Positions 26,808 through 43,646 of a stretch of 64,000 nucleotides of DNA are shown piece after piece. Source of the stretch: the human T2T-CHM13v2.0 reference genome, Homo sapiens; assembly GCF_009914755.1 (NCBI RefSeq), contig NC_060933.1. One strand, 5' to 3'. A program made the position numbers and the translations under genes. The notes beneath the pieces were generated by a model that was given only the letters and a program-made list of their open reading frames with translations, made no database searches and was not told the origin of the DNA. Position 1 is the stretch's first letter. Each line of letters opens with the position of its first letter.

Positions 26808-27119
26808 TATACTTTAAAACCCATCCTGCCATTGAATACGTGCAGCAAGTATTTGCCCTTATTTTTGCGATCTTTTTGGCTCCCTGTGGTGACCTAGGAG
26901 GTAGGTATTGTTATTCCCACTCTACAGACAAGAAAACTGAGGCTGAGCCATTTGCTATAGGTCACAAAACAAGGGGTGTCTGGGCTGGATTCTGATGCCA
27001 GGTCCTGTATCCCAGGCTGTATTCTCCCACTGACATTGATAGGTTAGGTCATTGCTGATAGTGTTAACCCTCTAAGAGTCCAGAAAGTGCTTCCATGTGC
27101 ATTGACTTTGACTCTTTGA

Positions 27120-27433
<314 letters not shown>

Positions 27434-27647
27434 AACTCTCATCAGAGTCTTAAGATGAGTATTTAATATTAGCATCTCCCTTGGATGAATGGGGAAAATT
27501 GAGGCCCAGAAAGAGACAGTGCTTTTTCCAAGGTTACACAGCAAGTAAATGGCAGAGTCAGCATTCTAGGTCTCTCTATTAATAAACAGCATGATTGTAG
27601 GCAATTATGGTTTGGGGGTATGCCTCCTGTGCTACTGTGTGTCGGGC

Positions 27648-27711
27648 TGCTTGCTAACGCTGTGCCCACATGATCCTTTGCTTGCTAACGCTGTGCCCAC
27701 ATGATCCTTTG
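27648..27711 (+). repeat. Perfect 31-bp tandem duplication
   Basis: gcttgctaacgctgtgcccacatgatccttt x2. Confidence 0.95.
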
Positions 27712-27717
27712 TGATTC

Positions 27718-28033
<316 letters not shown>

Positions 28034-28286
28034 GATCCTTTGTGATTCTTATAACATCCTCTAGTCATTCCAAATTCTACTGGGTTTCTTCACTGGTCCT
28101 GGCTCTGTGTATACATGTATCTCCACCCCTCTGAACTTGGACCCCCAGAGGACCGGACCAAAATGTGATTTATCATGGAGTGCCCAGGGCCAGCACTGGG
28201 CCTGGCACAAAGTAGGTGCCCAGGCTGGCAGGGAATACATGGTTCCACAGGCAAGAGAGGTTATCAAGAGAAGTGGGTTGATGGGA

Positions 28287-28436
28287 GGCTGGGTGTGGTG
28301 GCTCACACCTGCAATCCCAGAGTTTTAGGAGGTCAAGGCAGGAGGATCTTCGAGGCTACAGGGAGCTGTGATTACACCACCGCACTCTAGCCTGGTGGCA
28401 GATTGAGGCCCTGTCTCTAAAAAGGAAAAAGAAGAA
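28287..28436 (+). mobile_element. Monomeric Alu (FLAM-like)
   Basis: About 140-bp single monomer with A-rich tail, flanked by gggttgatggga repeats. Confidence 0.75.
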
Positions 28437-28675
28437 AAGAGGGGGTTGATGGGAACTGGTGAGGGAATATAACTGGACCACTGGACCAGTGGACTCAGGA
28501 TGGGAGGTCATGAGGCCACCCTGAAAGACACATGTCTGTGCTGAGACAGAAAGGGCAGGTGGCTGTGACATATTTACATTCCACGGTGACGTGGTCCTGT
28601 GGGATATTTTGTGCCAGACACGAGTTATGATTTTAAGGGTGTAGTATTTATCTCTTTTAATCCTCGAAATGTCTC

Positions 28676-28731
28676 ACTTAATTCTCAAAACTTGAGGTTG
28701 GTACTTAATTCTCAAAACTTGAGGTTGGTAC
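28676..28731 (+). repeat. Perfect 27-bp tandem duplication
   Basis: acttaattctcaaaacttgaggttggt x2. Confidence 0.95.
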
Positions 28732-29149
28732 AAGTATTAGTCTCCTTTTACAGATAAAGAGATTTAGGTATAAGGTGGAGGTTATGCAACTGGCAGAGTT
28801 GGGATTTGAACCCCGGCCCTCCGCCTCCCTCCAGGCAAAGATGGATGTGGGTGGGGGTGAGACACACCCTCACTTGTCCACTTTCATTCGTCCCACAGTT
28901 CTGTGAAGGTCTGCCTTAGCTCTCCTTTTCTTTTTTCTTTTTTTCTTTTTTTTGAAACAGTCTCACTTTGTCTCCCAGGCTGGAGGGCAGAGGCGCGATC
29001 TCGGCTCACTACAGCCTCCGCCTCCCGGATTCAAGCGATCCTCCCACCTCAGCCTCCTGAGTAGCTAGCTTTCCTCAATTTTAAATGAGGAAAGCAGGCT
29101 CCGTATATAGAGGAGTTCTCCCCTAATTTTCTCTCAGCACAGGCCCAGT

Positions 29150-29960
29150 CCGCCGTTCCTTCCTGGTTCCCATCCCTCCCTCACCGCCGCCCGTGAGCAG
29201 GGCCGGGCACGCAGCAGGCATTCATGGAGTGCTGCTGATGGATGCCTGGACCGGGTCCCCTGGGCTCTGAGCCCGGGGCGGGGGTGGGGCCAGAGCCGGG
29301 CCCCGGAGGGGTTGGGAGGGCGCGGAGGGGAGGGGCGCAGGGGGTGCGGGTTGGGGGTGCGCAGGCGGTGCGGCTGGGGCTGGCAGGAGAAGGGTTAAGA
29401 ACAAGCACTCATTAACTGCCTCCCGCTTGCTGGGCCCACGTGCAGGGTGGCCTGGGCTTAGGGTGCGGGGAGCCTTTGGGTGGCCCCCTGAGAGCTGGTC
29501 TTCCAACACATGGGACCCCCGGAGTTCAGCCCGAGCCCCCGGGGAGCTGTCGGGACGGGTCCTCTCTGGGGTGAGCCAGCGTCTGGGGCCCGCGGCTCCC
29601 CGCGAGCAGGCCGGGAAACGCCTGTTGCTGCTTTTGTTTTTCCATCAACAACCGGGCTTACGTAAACTCCTCGCCGGCTCTGGGCTGCCAGCGCGGGGGA
29701 GGCGGCCTTATCTGATAGGGGCTGTGCCAGGGCCGGGGTTCCCTGCGTGTCCCGGCACAGGCCCCGCGGAGAGAGCCCGCGCGGTGGGCGGGGGGCGGGG
29801 AATGGCACCCCCGGGGGGGCGTCTGTCCTCCCAGTCCCAGAGGGGACAGCTGGGTCCTCTCCCTGCAAGACATAACCAGGGGCAGTGGTCCTCAACCTCC
29901 GACCTGCAGGGGTCCGGCAGGAAAAGGACCCTCTTCACCCGCGCGCACAGAGAGGGGTAA
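29150..29960. promoter_or_regulatory. Orphan CpG island with G-skewed G4-rich 5' part
   Basis: CpG-dense; many GGG runs at 29274-29380. Confidence 0.8.
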
Positions 29961-30620
29961 GGGGCCTGTAGTGACGCTGGGGTGGCCTCGTCACCAGGGT
30001 CACCTGGCTTCCAACCCCAGCTTTATGCTAGGCTGGTGGTGCTCGGAGTACAATGTGCTTGGAAAAATGGGTCCAGGAATCAGGGGAGGAGGGAGGAGGG
30101 GGAGACGGCGGAAACTTTTTGTTTTGAATTTTTTTCAAAATTCCAGAAATGCGCGATAGTACAATGAACTCGTACGTGCCCTTCCTAGATTCACCAAGTG
30201 TCAACCTTCTGACACTTTTGCACGCTTGCTGTCTCTCCCCATCCCCTCCCCATGTATATCCTTGAGGTGGACAATATTTTTATCCCCATTTTACAGGTGG
30301 GGAAACTAAGGTTTAGATAGCGGAGATAACTTGTCCAAGAAAGTATCGAAGCTGGCATTTAATCTCAGATCTCAGATGAAAACTTTTACTCTTTTGCTTG
30401 GTGATTTTTCTGAGTTATATACATTTCCTTCTCCCTCTCTCTTTTTTTTTCTGAGCGGTTACCACATACACATAGCATGTGTAAAATATGCAGTTTCCCT
30501 AGCCCGACATCCTAGTTCCTTACTTAAAAGCAGGCTCTGTTACCTGTTTCTTGCCCATCTTTCCAGAGACATTCTATGCCTGTGAAGACATGTTCATAAA
30601 ACATATTTTACAAAATGGTA

Positions 30621-30622
<2 letters not shown>

Positions 30623-30658
<36 letters not shown>

Positions 30659-30953
30659 GTTGTTGTTGTTTTGAGACAGAGTCTCTCACTGTACTCCCAG
30701 GCTGGCGTACAGTGACACGATCATGGCTCCCTGCAGCCTCCACCTTCCAGGATCCAAGCGATCCTCCCACCTCAGCCTCCCTAGTAGCTGGGACCAGAAA
30801 GTGCACCACCATGCCTGGCTAATTTTTCTATTTTTTGTAGAAATGGGGTTTCGCCATACTTGTCAGGCTGGTCTTGAACTCCTTGGCTCAAGCAATCCTC
30901 CTGCCTCAGCCTCACAAAGTGCTGAGATTACAAGTGTGAGCCACTGTAGCCAA
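30623..30953 (-). mobile_element. AluJ with (TG)n/(TTG)n tail
   Basis: Diverged Alu preceded by a TG microsatellite. Confidence 0.88.
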
Positions 30954-31972
30954 CCTTACAAAATGATATTGCATTGGACACATTTTTCTGCACTTTGCTT
31001 CCTGCTCCCTGCCCCTTAACTATCATGTAACAGAGACTTCTCCATACTGGAAATATAAAATGCTCCCTTCTTTTAAACCAGTGCATAGTGTTCCACTGAA
31101 CAGATGTTCCAGAATTGATTTCACCATCCCCTATGGACAGGAAATTAGGCCGTTTCCCATCTATTGTTATTATAAGCAAAACTGCAACACATATCCACAC
31201 TCATACATCAATTTGCATGTGCGCGAGTGTATTTGTATGGTAAATTCCTAGAAGTGGAAATGCTGGGTTAAAGGGTATGCGGATTTTGAATTTACTTAGA
31301 TATTGCCAAATCGCTCTTCAGGGAGGTTGCACCAATCTGCCCTCCCACTCACAATGAATGAGAATGTCTGTTTCCCACACTCTTGCCAACACAGCGTGTT
31401 ATCGAACCTTTTTATCTTTGTCAATCTGTTAGATATAAAATAATATCTCGTAGCTGTAATCTCATTTCTCCTACTACAAGAGAGGTTGACCATGTTTTCA
31501 TATGACTAAGAATCATTTACATTTCCTTTCCTGGGAACTGTTTGTTTATATCCTTCGCCTATCTTTTAATTAGGTTGGTTTTTTTTTCTTCCTGATATGT
31601 AGGAGCTCTTAATATCAGCCCTTTGTTGATAACATATGATATGTCTATACTATATGTGTCTTTTGACTTTATTTATATTATTTGTATGCAGAATTAAAAA
31701 TAATTTTTTGTGGCTATTTTATTGCTGGATTCAGTTTTTTAAAATCCATACTTTAAAAGGCCTTCTTTACTGTATGAATGTAAAGTACCCCCAGGTTTTC
31801 TTCATTCTAGAATTTGTTTTTGTGGAAGATGTGAGGTAGGGATTCTGCTCTTTCTCTCTGGGTGACTCTGGTTGTCCCAACACTATTGATTGAATAATCT
31901 ATCTTTTTGTCATTGATTAGCAATGCCACTTTTATCATATACTAAATTCCTGTAATATATGTAGCATTTGAG

Positions 31973-32442
31973 TGCTTTAGCAGTTTCCCTGGGCTATCCT
32001 AACACATTCCCACAAACTGGCTAGCTGAAAACAACAGAAATTCATTCTCTCAAAGTTCAGGAGGCTGTAAATTTAAATTAAGGTGTCCGCAGGGCCACGT
32101 TTCTTCTGGTGTTGCTGGTGAACAGACCATGCCACGCATTTCTCCTAGCAGCCGGTGGTTGCGGGCATTCCTGAGGTTGTGGCAGCTTCACTCTAATCTC
32201 TGCCTCTGTCTTCACATGGCCTTCTCTCTGTGTTTATGTCTGTGTCCAAATTTCACTCATTTTGTGAGGACACCAACCTTTGGATTAGGGTCTAATCCAA
32301 TATGTCCTTCATCCAGTATAGCCTCATCATGATTTAATTACATCTACAATGACACTGTTTCTAGTTAAGGGCATGTTTGCAGTACCAGGGGTTAGGACTT
32401 CAATGTATCTTTTATTAGAGGGGCACAATTCTACCCATTACA
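31973..32442 (-). mobile_element. MLT1-type MaLR solo LTR
   Basis: cacaaactgg..aaacaacagaaattcattctctc..agttc..gaggct.. ending ggggcacaattctacccattaca. Confidence 0.8.
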
Positions 32443-32451
32443 ACTATGCAT

Positions 32452-32752
32452 TCTTTTTTTTTTTTTTTTTCCTTTTGAGATGGAGTCGCACTCTGTCACC
32501 CAGGCTGGAGTGCAGTGTCTCTGCTCACTGCAACCTCCGCCTCCTGGGTTCAAGCAATTCTCCTGCCTCAGCCTCCTGAGTGGCTGGGATTACAGGCATG
32601 CTCTACCACGTCTGGCTAATTTTTGTATTTTTAGCAGAGATAGTGTTTCACCATGTTGGCCAGGCTGGTCTCCAACTTCCAGCCTCAGGTGGTCTGCCCG
32701 CCTCGGCCTCCCAAAGTGCTGGGATTACAGAAGTGAGCCACTGCACCTGGCC
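32452..32752 (-). mobile_element. AluS
   Basis: Full Alu. Confidence 0.9.
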
Positions 32753-33274
32753 ACTTTCAGTTTTTCTATTCTGTTCTATTGATCCATCTGTGTAAAATGC
32801 ACCAATACCAGTGTTTAAAATATCATAGATTGATCTTATGTTCTAATATGTGTTAGACTAGTACCCACTCATTACTCTTTTCTTTCAAAATTTTCTTGTT
32901 TATATTTTCCTTGTTTATATCATATTCGTTGTTTATATGGAGTTTAGAATCAACTTATCGGCTTGCTTATTTTTAAAAATCTGATTGGTGTTTTTATCAG
33001 AACACACGCATACCATTTTACATGCTCAAGTTTTCATTTGTGCCCCTCAGCAATTTATTAATGTTCACTTCCAGTAAATCTCATACATTTTATTTTTGTT
33101 ACATTGATTTCTAAATATTTTACCTTTTTGGCTGCTATCATAAACAGGAACTTCTCTTTCACTATCTCTTCTAACTGGTTCTTTACCTTGATGAGGACTA
33201 TTAATTACAATATATTAATTTTGCAATCAACCACCATACTGAGTTTTTGTATTATTATTATGTATTATTATGTA

Positions 33275-33872
<598 letters not shown>

Positions 33873-34031
33873 TCTTATATTATGTATAATGGCTTTTCAG
33901 TTGATTCTGTAAATAATAACCCATTTTTCCCCTCCTTTCTAATTCTTATACTTCTCATTTCTTTTCCTTGTCTAATTGTGTAGGCTGGTACTTTGTCAGA
34001 ACAATGTTAAGTAATAGTGTTAATAACAGAT

Positions 34032-34376
<345 letters not shown>

Positions 34377-35350
34377 TCATAATGGGAATGCTTTCAGTGT
34401 TTCGTCTTTAAGCATGATGCTGGCTTTTGGGTTGAAATCAGTATTTTATCGTGTTTAAACATTTTCCTATTTTATTAAGAAAGAAAAGCTCTTTCTAAAC
34501 TTTCTAGGCCATCTCCTTCTCTGGCCTCCTCTACGTGCAACCCAGACCCTGCAGTACTGAGTTAGTCACTCACCTCCTGAGTGCGCCATGTTGTATAAGG
34601 CATTCTAGCCATTGCCCCTTGCTAGTCCCTCTTCATGGAATACCCTTCCCCCAAGCTTCTCTCAGGCAAGGCCCAGATAAATAGCATCTACTCTGGGAAG
34701 CTTCCCAGGCAGTTCTGCCCTTGACCTTGTCTCCTCCAAGCCCTTCTCATGATGATATATATATAATTGCCTGCGTTCACCTCCGCTCTCCACACCAGCC
34801 TGTGAGCATCCTGGTGTGTGTGTGTGGGCATGGGGGTGACACGTCTGGGTTACTTCTGTGTGCTTGGACTAGGGCCCCGATAGAGTAAATACATGATCAA
34901 TGTGGTTTTGGATGAATGAATACTAAATAAAAGCTAACATTTACCAAGTACTCAGTAAGTGCCAGGCCCCAGGGTAAGCACTTCCCACTCACTGTCTCAT
35001 TTAATACAACACCCCCATGAGGTAGAGGTGTATTGTTTCCAACTTGAGATGAGCAAGTGAAATCTCAGAGAGGTTAAGTAACATATGCAAGGTCACACAG
35101 CCAGGAAGTGAATCCAGGTTGGTTTGACTCCAGGGCTGAGACTTTAAGTCTCTAGGCCATTCTGAATGGCTATAAATGTTAGCTTTTATAGCCATTAATA
35201 CAGTACATGTATGAATGAACAAATAAATACAGTAAATGTATGAATGAACAAATGGTACACAGTGAGGCCTGGGAGAGTGAAGTGGTGCTAGGCTTGGACA
35301 TGGCACCTGTCCAAGTGCCATGGAGAGGAGCCCTGAGATGGTGATTCCTT

Positions 35351-35451
35351 TATGTTTTTTCTTTTTTTGGTAAATACAAACCCTTGTGTCAAGGGCTGAC
35401 TTTCAATAGATTGCAGCGAGGGAGCTGCTCTGCTGTGTACGAAACCCTGAC
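35351..35451 (-). pseudogene. Retrocopy of the 3'-terminal ~76 nt of 28S rRNA with poly(A) tail (LSU-rRNA/SINE28-type)
   Basis: 35376-35451 reverse-complements to gtcagggtttcgtacacagcagagcagctccctcgctgcaatctattgaaagtcagcccttgacacaagggtttgt, the extreme 3' end of mammalian 28S rRNA with CpG decay. T-rich tail at 35351-35368. Confidence 0.92.
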
Positions 35452-35461
35452 GAGATGATGA

Positions 35462-35755
<294 letters not shown>

Positions 35756-35809
35756 GAGGTGATGTTTCTTAAGTGACCCAGAGGGTGGAGCTAGGTGTGG
35801 GTGCAGGGG

Positions 35810-35927
35810 TGGGATAATGGAACTACCTGATCTGGTTGGCTCAGGACTGAGGGTTTTCCTGGAATACTGGACTTTCTAGTGCTAAAGTCAGAAAAGCCCT
35901 GGCCAAACCTGGCTGAGGTGGTCACGC
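35810..35927. mobile_element. MER94-like hAT-Blackjack MITE
   Basis: ggactgagggttttcctggaatactggactttctagtgctaaa...gccaaacctgg..ggtcac. Confidence 0.6.
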
Positions 35928-36789
35928 GAGAGGTGCAGCCATAAGCTCTGGATTTCCTCTCTGTGTGAGCAAAGGATTCTCATGGTCAGGACTAACTAGG
36001 GAGCGGGGAGGCAGCCCTAGCAGAGAGTGAGCTCCCTGTCATGCGAGGTATAAAAACAGGACAGGGGACACTTTCACTTTCATATTTTCCCCTCATCTCT
36101 TTGGGATTCTTGGGTGATCTTAACTTGGGGTGTGGGCTCCCAGAATGGTTCTGCTTTGTCCCAAGCTGGAGGGTTCCTGGAAAGGACTGAGACAGGCTGA
36201 AGGCCCAGTTGCTCACCGTTTGATGGCTGAATGCTCCTCTGGATGGCCTAGGAGGTGTGTAAATGGGCAGAATTGGCTCCTGCCAAGCCCAGGAGCTCCT
36301 CCTCCTAATAGCCCTCCTGAGGAAACCACCCAGGAAAGGGGGACAGAAAAGTGGGACTCAGAGGGGTGAATGAGGAGATGGGGTGGGCGGGGGAGCAGGA
36401 GCTTGAGTCACCCACCTCCATCAATTGAGTGATGCCACTTCCAGGCAGGAAAACCCACCTGGTCCATCTCCCAGGACCCGGAGTGGACTTTAAGCTCAGC
36501 AGAGCCCCCGGCACAGGCCCTGGAACTCTCCTGGCGGGGTCACAGCAGCAGGATAGGCAAGTCTTGCAGGGGAGGGCTGATGGGGGGAGCAGGTCCCCAG
36601 CAGGGTGTCTCCTCAGGGCCTGAAGTTTCTCCAGGTTGCAGCTGGGGATAGACACACAGGAATAAGAGAGAGAAATGGCTGGTGTTCGGGGTGGGGAGAG
36701 CTGGAATTTATTTAAAGGCCTCTGTACTTGTTGACTAACAGTGAGCTTGTATTTCGTTTTGTTTTGTTTTGGCTGATATATACTTTACA

Positions 36790-37860
36790 AAATTATGTTT
36801 GAAAGTGGCATATAACATGCATACAGCAAAGTGTACTTATGAGTGTATAGTTTGATGATTTTTTACATGTGTATGTACACCCATGTAATCACACCCACAT
36901 CAAAGTATAGACATTTCCAGTGCCCCAGGAAGTCCCTTTTTACCTTTTCCTGGTCTATATCTGCCCTCAGAGGTAACTATGGTCCTGTCTTTTATCATCT
37001 TGAAATAGTTTTGCCTGTTCTTGAACTTCGTGGACATGGAATAATACAGTAAAATGCTCTTTTGTGCCTGGAGTTTTGACTTCGTGTTATTGATAGTGAC
37101 AGGAGGCAGCCAAATGCCTAGGCAGATAGGGGTGGGTCTCCAGTGACACCTGACCTTCCAGCCACAGACAGTCCTGGGTAAATCCTCAGACCGGATTGAA
37201 AACCCACCTTCCATTTGGCATGCTTTCCTCTGATTGATCCTAATCCTTCACCTATTTTACCTACCCTTTCCTAATTGGTTTTCTACAATGTCATGCCCAC
37301 CTTTGAGTGGTGTCTTTGCTTTAACCTTTTTTGCATACTCAAAAACCAGTCAGCATGCATTCCCTGTTATGATCCCATAAAAAGCCCTGGGCTCAGCCAT
37401 ACTGGGTACTTTTCCACCTTCGGGTAGGAGAACCATCCCTCATGTCACCTCTTTTTGCTGAGAGCTTTCCTTTCACTTAATAAATTCTACCCCACTCACT
37501 CTCTGGTGTCTGCATGCTTAATTCTTCCTGGTCATGAGACAAGACCCTGGACCTAGCTGAGCTAAGGAGCAGAAAGATAGCATCATTATAATGGTGTGAT
37601 TCACCCATGGTGTTGCACGTATCAGTGGTTTGTTCCTTTTTTACTGCTGTGTAGTTCTCCATTGTAGAAATGTGTCACGAAACATTGATCCGGTCTCCTA
37701 TTGATGGGCATTTGGGTTGTTTCCAGTTTGCCAGTTTGGGCCATTATGAACAAGTCTGCTATGAACATGTGTGTCAGGCCTTTTGGTGGCACTCACATCT
37801 TGGGTGTATACCCAGGAGTGGAATTGCTGGGTCATAGCTGAGGTGTATATTTAACAAAGC
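36790..37860 (-). mobile_element. L1M 3' remnant split by an LTR
   Basis: gatgggcatttgggttgtttccagttt; tatacccaggagtggaattgctgggtcata. Confidence 0.75.
37091..37585 (+). mobile_element. ERV1-class solo LTR (LTR29/MER50-like)
   Basis: TG...CA termini, 4-bp TSD TTAT (37087-37090 / 37586-37589), TATA-like cataaaaa at 37376, AATAAA at 37479-37484. Confidence 0.88.
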
Positions 37861-39157
37861 CTGTACTTAGTACTTTTGTTATAAGAGAAACTTGGAAAAA
37901 TCAACGAGAGATTTTTTATAACTTTAAAAGGAGTACATACAAAAAGTTGTTTGGGAGGTGAGCCCAGAGTTCTCTGGGGCCCCAGTGGCAGCTTCTGGAG
38001 TGTGTGGCTTGGATTCCTGAGGGGAAGGTCAAGTTGGGCATGGAGCAGGGAGGGAATGGGCTATACCTGGGCCCTTTCAGGCCCCTCCCAGGGAAGGGAG
38101 GGTAAGGTCTGCCAGGATGCTATCATAAGGGGCAGATCTGATAGGTGCTCCTATAAAGAGTCTGACTGGGGACCTCACTCTCACCACCTGTGCAATGGGC
38201 TAGTGCATGGTGGACTCAGTGGCTTCTGAGCCTCTGATGTCTTTGGGCATCTGCTTGGGAGCCTCCTCTTTCAGCCCCTACATTACGGTCTGTGGCAATA
38301 CCGACTCTGGAAGGTTTTAAGGATGGGGGGATGGTCCCTGAGCCCCAAAGCTTCTGCCAGGGTGAACCCTGTGGATCAGGGCCCCAGAGGCCTCCTCCCA
38401 CCCCCAGCCTTGCCCCAGCTGTGCCTCAGGCTCTCTGGGAGCTGGGGGGAGACAAGGGGAGCCAGGCTCAGTTTTTTTCATGAAGCCGGAGCAGCTGCTG
38501 CCCAGAGTTTGGGAAGCTGTTGTTCTGCCAGTGGGGTTCCCCAAGGGAAATACCAGTGCCAGGGTCCTGAGCACAGCCGGGTGATCCAATCACCCCCAAT
38601 GAGCTCAGGGCTTGCCCCCATGCCTAGCAGCTGAGCAGAAGCACTTAGCAGCCCAATCAAATACTTCTCAGTCTGGTGAAAACACTCAGCAGTGTGTTTA
38701 AATGACTCAGCCACCCAGCGGCAGTGCTCAGAGGGCCAGTGAAGTTACTCACTGAAACTAGAGTAATGCTTATCAGTCTACAGTAGCATTCATTCATCTG
38801 GGGGAAAAACAAACCCCAAAAACTAAACCAATAACCACAGAATGGTTCTGAGTCCTTATCTTGGCCCTGGCCCTTCTTTGCTGTGGTTTCCTTGTAGGGA
38901 TGTCCACCCTCTTTGTGGTTTGTTGGGATAAGTCAATGCGCTAATGTCTAGAAAGGGCTTCTCGTAGTGGTTGGCATGCAGTGGGCTTTCAGCAATATTT
39001 ACCGAGGGCCTGCTGTAAGCCAGATCCTATTGTTGCAATTACTCTGGCCCTTGGGGAGGCAGTCCTGGGAGGCGGAGCTTTGGGCAGGGACAGTTTCTAT
39101 GAACAAAATGCATGAGCTTTAGTCATGGCTTGAAACATTATGTGAGCCTTCAGAATT

Positions 39158-39470
39158 CTTTTATTTATTTAATTAATTTATTTTTTTGAGACGGAGTCTC
39201 GCTCTGTCACCCAGGCTGGAGTGCAATGGCGTGATCTTGGCTCACTGTAACCTCCGCCTCACAGGTTCGAGTAATTCTCCCTGCCTCAGCCTCCCAAGTA
39301 GCTGGGATTACAGGCAACTGCCACCACGCCTAGCTAATTTTTGTATTTTTAGTAGAGACGGGGTTTTGCCGTGTTGGCCAGGCTGGTCTCGAACTCCCGA
39401 CCTCAGGTGATCCGCCTGCCTCGGCCTCCCAAGGTGCAGGGATTACAGGCGTGAGCCACTGTGCCCAGCT
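39158..39470 (-). mobile_element. AluS
   Basis: Full Alu, TSD cagaat(t/c)ctt. Confidence 0.92.
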
Positions 39471-40399
39471 CAGAATCCTTCTACAGTGTTCTCTCTGGTC
39501 CTCCATTGGCTGTGGTTTAGAAAGCCCAGATTCATTCCTCCTGCCTTCCCATTCTCCCTTCTCAACCTCACCCACCGTCAAGTTCTCTTCTGGATACTGG
39601 GCTTCAGAGATATTGGATTTGGGCCCTGTGAAAACAGGTGATTAGAACACACTAGAAGGTGTAGTGAATCTACTGACAATATAAATACAGTTAAGTTTCT
39701 GTCTGCGCATTTGTCTGGTTCCACATCATGAGCAAATAGCTGGAGGAATTACTTGAAGGGTATGTTTGGTTTGATCTGACTTGGTGGCTCAGGATATAGG
39801 GGGAGTGGGCCAAATAGATGGGCAGGGGTCTTCCAGGGTTTCTCAAATCGATGGCTGATGACAGGCTATTTATTTGTTGATTGTGAGGCCGTGTATATTA
39901 AAATGGCATAGACAAAGAAAACAAATGGGTTTTAAACGTGAGCTCCAAATGGGCAGACAATATGGGTGTTAATTCATGATCAAGCTGCTGATTACTGGCA
40001 ACTCCAGATAGCTTCTTAATGATGAGTAGAAGTAGGCATTGATTTCTTTTACTATGGATAATGATCTCCCCAGCTATGCAGGAGAAGCCAGTTAGTAGCA
40101 ATTACAGGAACAAGCATCAATTAAACTTTCTTTGTGTGATGCACCATGCTAGGCACTAGAATGCATTTTGTCTCCCTGACTCCTCACAATAGCCTGGGGG
40201 TGGGAATGCTTATTAATTCAGAGAGGTTAAGTAACTTATCCACCTAGTAAGTGGTAGATCCAGGATTCAAACCCAGGTTTACCTGTCAGATGGCAACGTC
40301 CATGCTCTAAATCCCTTGTCTACACTGCATTCTGCCTTGGGACGCTGCAAACTCATCAAATTCAAAACTCCCTCTCCTTCTGTCTGGAACTATAAAGTG

Positions 40400-43100
<2,701 letters not shown>

Positions 43101-43153
43101 ACCTATTTGAAATCTGGTTAATTATTTAAAAGTATAATTTTGATTTTTAAAAG

Positions 43154-43616
43154 TGTTATGGGTTGAATTGTGTCCTCTATAAAGGCATGTTAAAGTCCTA
43201 ATTCCAGGTACCTAGGAATGTGGCCTTATGTGGAAAGAGGGTCTTGTCAGATGTATTCAAGTGAAGAGGAGGTCATTGGATTAGACCCTAATCCAATATG
43301 ACTGATATCCTCATAAGAAGAGAGATGTTTAGACATGGACACACACAGAGAGGAGAATGCTATGTGATGGCAAAGGCAAGAATTGGAGTGACACAACTCC
43401 AAGCCGAGGGACCGAGGGACGACGAGGATTGTTGGCCATCAACAGAAGTCAGAAGAGGCAAGGAAGGATTTTACCCAGAGTCTCAGAGAGCACATGGCCC
43501 TGGTGACACCTTGCCTTCAGACTTCTAGCTCCTAGAACTGGGGCAGGATAAATTTCTGTTATTTGAAGCCACATGGTTTGTGATACCTGTTACAGCATCC
43601 CTAAGAAACAAATACA
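43154..43616 (+). mobile_element. MLT1(B/C)-type MaLR solo LTR
   Basis: tgttatgggttgaattgtgtcc...ataaatttctgtt..ttgaagccac..ggtttgtg..tgttacagca..cta.gaaac.aataca. Confidence 0.85.
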
Positions 43617-43646
43617 AAAGTAAGTTGAAAGGTTATAATATGACAC

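Noticed and set aside
35293-35322. Overlapping inverted repeats cttggaca/tgtccaag and catggcac/gtgccatg (pseudoknot-like)
   Set aside because: Short stems, intergenic, no evidence of transcription; plausible by chance.
35376-35451. Functional rRNA gene
   Set aside because: Only ~76 nt of the 28S 3' end, CpG-decayed, with a tail and TSDs: a retrocopy.
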